From assembly GCA_964016885.1 (NCBI GenBank), contig OZ024740.1, forward strand, positions 13,640,001 to 13,704,000: a stretch of DNA of 64,000 nt, written 5' to 3'. Below, piece after piece: positions 56,071 to 64,000 of this stretch (position 1 is the stretch's first letter; every line of letters starts with the position of its first letter). The notes beneath the pieces were generated by a model, which saw only the letters and a program-made list of their open reading frames with translations, did no database searches and was not told the origin of the DNA. This DNA is from Eledone cirrhosa. Lineage: Eukaryota. The position numbers and the translations under genes were made by a program.

Positions 56071-56272
56071 CAGAAGTATCTATAATCTATAGAAAATATT
56101 ATCTATATCTCACTTGTTTACATTGTATATGCCTTCACTATGTTTTGTTGATGTTTTGTGGTGTTTTTTAAATGATAGTTTGAAATATATCTTTTTTGTG
56201 ATAGTTTTAATGATGTTTCTGAATATACTTTTGATGTCTGTAATATTTCTTCCTTATAGACTATATAGACAT

Positions 56273-56391
56273 TAACATATGCATAGATGTAAGTAATTGT
56301 TTCTACTTTAGGCACAAGGCCAGCAATTACCCAGTGCATTACTGGTACTTTATTTTATCGACCCCGTAACATATGCATAGATGTAAGTAAT
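56273..56391 (-). mobile_element. 5'-truncated SINE (56298-56366) with 25-bp target-site duplication
   Basis: taacatatgcatagatgtaagtaat at 56273-56297 and 56367-56391. Confidence 0.85.
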
Positions 56392-57035
56392 GCTATCTAA
56401 ATACATATATAAAATAATTTTTATCTTAGAAAATATGTAATATAGGATTCTTTAAAATCATATACAAAATAATATATAAAATCATATACAACATAATATA
56501 TAAAATCATATACAAAATAATATATAAAATTTTTATACATATGTTTTGCATATATCTTAATTGAATATTTTAAAAAGTAAATTCTAGATTAAACGACAAA
56601 TGTAACTTAACTATTTTAACTAAGAAATATTGGAGTTATCTTTTCCTTTATAATGTAACACGCTTAAACACTTCTTCTAAGTAACAACTAAACTTTACAT
56701 AAATATTAAATTTTCTGTATAATTTCGTTAACTTCATAAATTTTGTAAATGTATTCCTATCTTGATGGAACTATAGAATGTACAAAATAATCTTCTATAA
56801 TAAAATTAGAACAACTTCCTTTTTCTTAACTATATATTGAAAATGTAAACAAGAAATTCATCGAAACCCTTAACATATATAAAAGATATTTAAATCATCT
56901 ATCTATTGATAAAAACAACATATATACTCACCAAAATTATTTATATAAATATTTATATAAATAACCTGTTGTAATATAATAAAGTAAAATATACTTACAA
57001 CCTTAATTCTTAATAAAATATATTTATAAATATTA

Positions 57036-57068
57036 TCTATATTTATACATATATATAAAATTGAAATT

Positions 57069-57156
<88 letters not shown>

Positions 57157-57560
57157 TAAGTTTTGCAAAGTATATACAAATCCACATTTCTACTCCGATT
57201 GACTTCAAACTTGCATTTAGACACTCCTTGCGGTCTAAAGATATTAACTGCAGCTTTTATTTTTCAATTTTCTGTTGTTAGGCGCCGGTTATCGACCTCA
57301 GTCGCGCCCTTATAATATCTGTCTGTGTCTGGCTGTCTGCATTACGACATTATGACAAACACGTCATTGCTGACGTATTATCTTCGCTATTTTCCGTTCA
57401 TTGCCAAGGAACGTCTTCGCGAACCAAAGTATCGTCTTCCTGTTTCCCTTCGATTGCAACGTTTTTCGAAATATTTACTTCTGCGTTCACAGATTGATTT
57501 TTTTAGTTTCAGAAGATCCCGTTAAGGGCGAAAGCAGTGATTCTTTGCTTAAACTTTAAT
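57036..57560 (+). mobile_element. Helitron 5' portion with expanded (GT)n
   Basis: 57150-57275 matches 19572-19697; 57304-57558 matches the sequence upstream of the RepHel fragment. Confidence 0.75.
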
Positions 57561-58329
57561 CTGTTATTTTAATATATAATATAAGCGAGGAAAGCCAGCC
57601 CAGGTTAACAATTACACTTGAGAATACGTTTCCGACGGTCGGCTTATTTTTGAATCAGTAAGTGTCATTTACTAATTTTTTGGCTAACAATCCTGAGATA
57701 TTCCCACTTACCCCAGTTGCTTTAATATTTTTGTGCAATACTTTCTGAGACATAATCACTTACCCCTGTTGCACATATTACTATTGGTGTTAGTACCAAG
57801 CCATATGCCCCATTACGTACATAGATAGAAATAGTGGATCTTTTTAGAAAGCCCCCGCCAAAAAATATCCTCACACCTATGTTAAAAATCACATACGCTG
57901 GCGTTAAGCGGTAATTTCTATCTATCTTGGTACATAAGCGAGGAAAGCCAGCCCAGGTTACCAATTACAGTTGAGATTACCATTCCTAAGATTTGAAATA
58001 TAAATATTTCACTCTCTTTACACCACCACTGATATGATCCATACAATTATATTTTAATAATAATAGTCTTTTTCTAACTATAATATATTTTTTCTCATAT
58101 TCATTCCTTAAATTTTCTGACACCCTAATATTAATATTAACCTCTCTCTATTCTTCCCTTAAAAAAACTATCCTAATAATTATTTAAATTTACCTAGCGT
58201 CTAAATATAACGATCTTTTTCAACTTCACGTCAGCCTCATTAACATATTCATCCTAAGATTTGAAATTTCTTTCACTATTCAAACAGAACTTAAAACGAT
58301 AAGTTCTTGTTTTTTGGATATGTCACTAT

Positions 58330-58470
58330 TTATGAAACAACTTTTGTATTTTATCTGATGAGAGCGTACCAAAATTGTGGTAGAAGCCATTTCTATATCA
58401 AATATTTATACTCTGCTATGTATTGAGTACCTTACTTACTGTGGTTACCCCCGATTGAACCCGGGATAAA
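58330..58470 (+). mobile_element. PLE-like 3' end with residual CTGATGAG core
   Basis: Homologous to 20456-20546; ends at (CA)n. Confidence 0.5.
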
Positions 58471-58482
58471 CACACACGCACG

Positions 58483-58559
<77 letters not shown>

Positions 58560-58649
58560 GTATGTATGTATATAATAATAATAATAATAATGATTTTATT
58601 TATTAGCCACAAGGGCCGACATGTAGGGGACAATAATAATAATAATAAT

Positions 58650-58836
58650 AATTGTTTCTACTTTAGGCACAAGGCCAGCAATTAACCAGTACATTACTGG
58701 TACTTTATTTTATCGACCTCGTAAGGATGAAAGGCAAAGTTAATCTTGGCGGGATTTGAACTCAGAATGGAAAGGGCCGTAACTCTATACGTCAAAGCAT
58801 GGCGTCCGACCCTCTACCAATACTGCCAATCCACAT
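58650..58836 (-). mobile_element. tRNA-derived SINE, full length
   Basis: A box TGGCAGTATTGG, B box GAGTTCAAATCC, (ATT)n on both sides. Confidence 0.88.
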
Positions 58837-59116
58837 AATAATAATAATAATAATGATTTATTTCTATACAAGGGCTGACATCAAGAAAAACATTACAGAC
58901 GACACAGGACGGTACAGGACGGTACGATGTGGGTTTTGTACGTGTAAACAGGTTATAACAAAATCGGGCTAGAAATCAAAAAAATTCAAACAACAAAAAT
59001 TCCCCAAAAAGGGGGAAACCTCCGAGGGTCACCCGTGGCGAAAACCAAACTAAAAAGACCACGGCCACCCTGACCACCAGGGCAAGCGCCCTCTCTCAGT
59101 TTTCCCACTCCTCAGT

Positions 59117-62100
59117 CTACAGGCGCATACTCAGAGCGGGCTCATTCACTCTGACCAGACTCGCCACTTTCACCCACCTTTCAACAAACTTACTAGAAAG
59201 CAGCACTTGCCTCTCTACCCTGATTTTCTTCTTCAAGTGAAACTTGAAAAAGTTAATCAGGGATTGGCCGAAGAGGAAAGTCTTCAACCCTTTCAACTTT
59301 GACCACCACACAATCTCTTTCGCCATGGCCACCAGGCAGATGAAAACTGCCTGCCCTTCCTCCTCTTTAAAGGAGGATGGCGGGGCTATCTTCACAATGG
59401 ACTCAGTCGATAACCGGATCCGTCCTACACGTGACAGCAGCTGTTCGACATAGCTCCACAAGTCAGCAATCCTCAGGCACTGAACGAGTGCGTGCAGGAC
59501 GGTTTCGTCGCCCTGCGTGCATCTCGGACAGGCTCGGCTGACAGCACCTCCGTGCCTGTAGAGCTTATCCCGAACCGACAACGCTCCCTGATAGCACTGC
59601 CAGGCCAGGGATTTCTGGAAGTTGTCCATAGGCCCGGTCTGAAAGTTCTCTTGAAGAGAGCGAACAGTTGATCGTCTTCGATGCCCAGGGTCTCCCCGAG
59701 AACGTCGTTGCTCTTTCCCTCCACTAGCCCTCTATGTAACGCGGAGGTGGATGTTCCACTGATACTAGTGCCCAGTTGGTAGACATTCCAGCTTCCAAGC
59801 GCTATCCCTCAGTCTTTTCCTGATCCAGGACTGCAGCTCCGTCAAGGAGACGAGCTGGGGAAAAACGCATCTGGCAAACAGCGACCACACCTTTTCACTG
59901 TCAAGGAAGCACCAGAGATGTCGCAGCCTCAGCGCATGTTTGCGCATCATCAGCCATGGCATGCCTAGTCCTCCACGCAACGGGTGTTGACAGCAAATGG
60001 ATCGTCTGACCATGGGAGCACGTCCCTTCCACAAAAAGCGGAAGAGAAGGCGCTCCATTTTGGTCAGAGTTGGGCGGGGGCAAGGTACGACGGTCAGGAG
60101 GTAGCAGATGACGGACGCTATGTACGCATTCGCCACCTCCGCCCGGATTTTCAGAGACAGCCTCCTCTCGGCCATTTCTGGGTGAGAGAGGCCACCCTGC
60201 TCGTCACCTCGCTCCAGTTTTTCTCCATCTGGAGGTCCGGGCCGAACCAGACCCCGGGCAATTTAACCGGTCCTTCCATCCAAGGTCCGACGACGCTATC
60301 GGATGGCATGGACTTGCCTCTCCAGGTGCCGAGTTGCAAGCCCACCGACTTTTCCTGGTTTATCTTTGCTCCTGTCACCGCTTCGTATTCCTTGAGAGCG
60401 GTACCTAGCATCTGGACGTGTTTGGTGCTCGACACCACCACGATGACGTCGTCGGCGTAAGCTGACTCGGATCTCCCGCATCCCAGTTCGTGTGGGACCC
60501 CCCTATCGTCTCCAATTTGTGTAGTAACTGCTCTAGGGCCAGTACGTACAAGAGGGACAAGAGAGGGAAACCCTGGCGGACCGAACGCATGATGCTGAAA
60601 GGCTGCGACAGGTGACCATTCACCCTCACAATAGAGCAGATGTCGCTGTGCATCGCAGCGATCCAGCCCCTAAAAATGGGCCCGAAGCCGGCCGCCTTGA
60701 GGACCGCAGCCAGGTACCAATGGTTGACCCTATCAAATGCTTTAGATTGATCCAAGTTGATCAGGGCCCCACCCGTGCCAGGTTCCTTAACCACCCTCTC
60801 TATGATGTATCGCATGAGATGGAGGTTGTCGTGGATTGACTGTCCGGAATGGCGCATGTCTGCGCCTCTCCCACCAGATCACCGACGACAAGCGCCAATC
60901 TCTGAAGTTGTCTATAACGTCTCCCTTGTTCAGGTCTTTTCTCAGCAGCGCCACCGCTCCCTGGCTTACAAAACTGGGAATGCTCCCGTTCTGCTGCCAG
61001 TTGCAATAGACATCTGCCAAGAGGTCGCCGAACAAGTCTGATATATTCTCATAAAGCTCGTAGGGCAGACCATCCAAACCTGGCGATTTACTCCTCGTGC
61101 AGTCAGACATCGCTTACCGTATTTCACCTGCTGTTATCGGCTTTTCGCAGCACTGCGCTCCGGTCGTCAAGTGCCGCGGCAGTCCGTCGAGGTATGCACC
61201 GAAGTCCATACACCGATCCGGCCCGCCGCCGCCGCTCCCGATCAATTGAGCAAAGTGCTGTTGAAAAGCCGCACACATCTGCTCGGGTTCAAGCAACATG
61301 CGCCCGTTTTGATCAGGCAAAGACCGAATTGTGGACTTGTTGCCACGTCGCGCCTCCACCACCCGGGCCCATTGAACGGCTTTCGTGCCCTCGTGTCTTA
61401 GAGCACGCGCTCTAGCTCTGACAACGCAACCTTCATGCTTTGCGTTGAAGAATTGGTCGAGTGCCAATCTCGCCGCAAGCACGTCGGTTGCGATGCCTGT
61501 CCTAAACGCCTCTTCTAGCTTTCTAACTAACTCTCTCTCTACTCTATTCTCTTCTATCACTACTCCTTTGCTAAACCTTATCGATTCTACTCTAATAGCG
61601 CTTTTCAGGGTAAACCACCACCTGTTGTTGACGATCGCACTCGTCAACGCACGCTTCACTAATTCACTAATCCGGTCTCTGTAAGCTTTGCGCGCCGGGA
61701 ACGACGCGTTCAGCTTCCAGTAGCCGCGCTCTTGTCTATGGTGTCTATCTAAGTCAACTTCACAGATCACACATTTGTGGTCCATGTAGTCGACTACTTT
61801 AAATTGTGGACAACCTACACTAGCCTTATCTGTTTCCCTACAGAATACCCTATCTAAATACGATCTGGATGACCCGACGCGGTTTGCCCATTTCCACATT
61901 GGCACATTCGGATAATCCAGTCGATACGTGTCAGACAGTTCAAAACGTCTGAGCAGGTTGTTGAGGCTTTTACACCCTCCTGCCCTGTCTACTAGCCCCA
62001 CATAATCCCAGCGTGCATCTAAGATACCATTCTAGTCGCCCTCTAACACTAAAGAGCGGGACGTTCCAAAAAAGGTCTCTAGACGTCTGAAGAAATCTGG

Positions 62101-62441
62101 CTGTTCTGCCCCTGTTGGGGCGTAGACGGCTACTAGCCTGAAAGCACTGCCTTCGCTGCCGGTCACGTCCAGCACCACCGACTTACCTTCTGTATCCAGG
62201 AAGCTGGCCCCTATGGCGAGATCCAAGCCTCTCCGAAAAAGCACGGCAACCTTTCCCCCCGATCCTGGACGGCTGGGAGATGCGTATACATCGTAGCCGC
62301 CGAAGATCGGTGTGAAGGCTCGTGCTTCGGAGATTCTGGTCTCGCTGATAGCCACCACATCTATATTTAGTGACCTGAGGTCGTTGAGCAGGATGACCGC
62401 AGGCCACGTACATTTATACTGCCTATTCTAAGTACGGCCAT
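59117..62441 (-). pseudogene. Tx1 ORF2 (APE endonuclease, RT, C-terminal Zn motif) with several frameshifts and stops
   Basis: IGSINVRGL, VAISETR, VAVYAP, SYLDRVF, DHK, KSPGLDGLPYE, LDQSKAFDRV, SVRQG, YADD, CPRC..ETVLHALVQC. Confidence 0.93.
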
Positions 62442-62464
62442 GTTGGAGGAGAAACGGGGTAAGT

Positions 62465-64000
62465 GAGAAAGGATAACTTACCTTGATCGTGTGGTGAAGG
62501 GACAGTAGAACCGTCCCTTTGGCTGGTCATGGGTGTTTCCAAGAGGATGTCAGTGTATATCCTCTTGGTTACCGTCCCTCTGAAGTCTTCAACTGCGTTG
62601 GGGAATTTTTATTATAACTGTTTGTAATCTTCTATTTTGATTTCAATTATGTTCATGTTTTTCGGGAGAGTTCTTGGTGTTGGTGGGGTGTAGTAGTTTT
62701 TTTCTGTGATGTCTGTGTGCTGCTTTATATGTTGTAAGAGTTCTTTATTTGCCATGTTTATGGCTGTGTACTTTTGGGAGCGAGGGGCGATTTTGTTGCT
62801 GTTTTCTTGTTGTTGCTGTTGGGTGCGTGTGTTTTGTTGTGTTTGCGATGTTGGTGTTTTTGGTGATGCTGGTGGTGGTGTGGTTGTTGTTGGTGGTGAT
62901 GCTTGTGGTGGCGATGGTGATGGTGGTGGTGTTGCTGCAAGTCTCCTTGCAGCCTTTACCCCTCTTTGTCTGCCTTCGCTTTTGGAGGGTGAAGCTAAGG
63001 GTTTTTTTTTTTTTTTTTATGTTAAAACCGTTTGCCACTTCCCTACCGCCTCACACTCCATGTCGGACCCCACGGCGTCCGGGAGGGGCATGAGCTCCAC
63101 TGCTGCTGGTGGTGGTAGTGGAGCCCGCTACAGCGATTTTACCGCCGGCGTAGCTACTGCGACTGTTGGTGTTGCCGCTGCTTTAGTTGTCCGTGGCCTT
63201 GGTGTGGGTGACACGGACGTTGCCCTACTACTCACCATGGAAAGGTCTTCTGCCCCTGTTGCCTGCCCTGCTCTTGGTAGTAGCGGATCAGGCGTCGGAA
63301 GGAGGGGTGCCCTCTTCTTCGCTGTCTTCTGTGAGCAGAAAGCCTTGAGGTGACCCTTCTGCCCACAGAGATAGCACTTTGGGCGCCTTCCTTCAACGCT
63401 TATAGGGGGTTGGAGCCCTTCTTCGAGGTCTATGATGTCTGGGATGGCTTCGATGTACTCCTGGTCAGTCTGTATTAGCATTTGCATGCCTATTCCTGAC
63501 CAGTTCTCTCTTCCCATTCTCTGTATTTGCAGTATGGTGGTCTTCTCCTCGATTCCAGCCAGTACAGACGCGGCCAGCCAAGGTATGCGCACGTCGGGCG
63601 GGACCTGGGTCACTTTGACCCTCACAATTTTCTGCCAGCAGTAGGAGGGCACCAAGACTATCTCCTCACTCTTTAGGATTTCCAAAGAGTGAGACTTCGC
63701 CTCTTGGGGGTGGCGAAAAGTACGTCTACTGTGGCGTACTTTCTGCCTCGGGTGATGTGGGTTTTGCGCGCCCAGACGCACCCCAAGGCCTTTTGGATTT
63801 GAGCCTCCGTGGCTCTCTCCACCCGATGTGACATTTTGCTTACGGCGCAGTAAGTCACCGTCCGTAGCTGCTGGTCCTTGAAAAAATTGGGTGGAGGTTT
63901 CAGGGAGACTCTATTGGCGTTTCTTGTCACCATGGCCCTTGCGACTGTCATCTCCTCCTCTGTGACTAACACTGTCTCGATATTTCGGGCGACACCTGCA
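62465..64000 (-). pseudogene. Tx1 ORF1 (gag-like, CCHC zinc knuckle)
   Basis: CYLCGQKGHLKAFC followed by a Pro/Thr/Lys-rich tract; frameshifted. Confidence 0.8.

Larger units (their letters stand above)
58855..64000 (-). mobile_element. L1/Tx1-clade LINE, decayed, 5' end beyond the window
   Basis: ORF1, ORF2, 3' UTR, AATAAA and (ATT)n tail. Confidence 0.93.

Overview
Gene-free, repeat-dominated eukaryotic DNA, probably cephalopod (octopus-like), judged from the tRNA-derived SINE and the microsatellite load. No host protein-coding gene is supported, and most listed ORFs are artefacts of simple or tandem repeats. The window holds an 18.4-kb 20-bp satellite with higher-order structure (1-18360) and a 9.6-kb array of 42/47-bp units whose consensus has no stop codon in any frame (25243-34871). 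The rest is a nest of transposons in microsatellites: Penelope-like elements (a near-complete Naiad-type copy, a Neptune-type partial tandem, several terminal fragments), a decayed L1/Tx1 LINE, R4/Dong-type and RTE-type fragments, Helitron pieces and SINEs. The most notable signal is about ten type I hammerhead ribozyme motifs from several unrelated families, folded by eye. Two of them sit in non-coding partial-tandem inserts with 433-nt and 637-nt periods that have the architecture of retrozymes. All family assignments come from recognising motifs, not from database searches.
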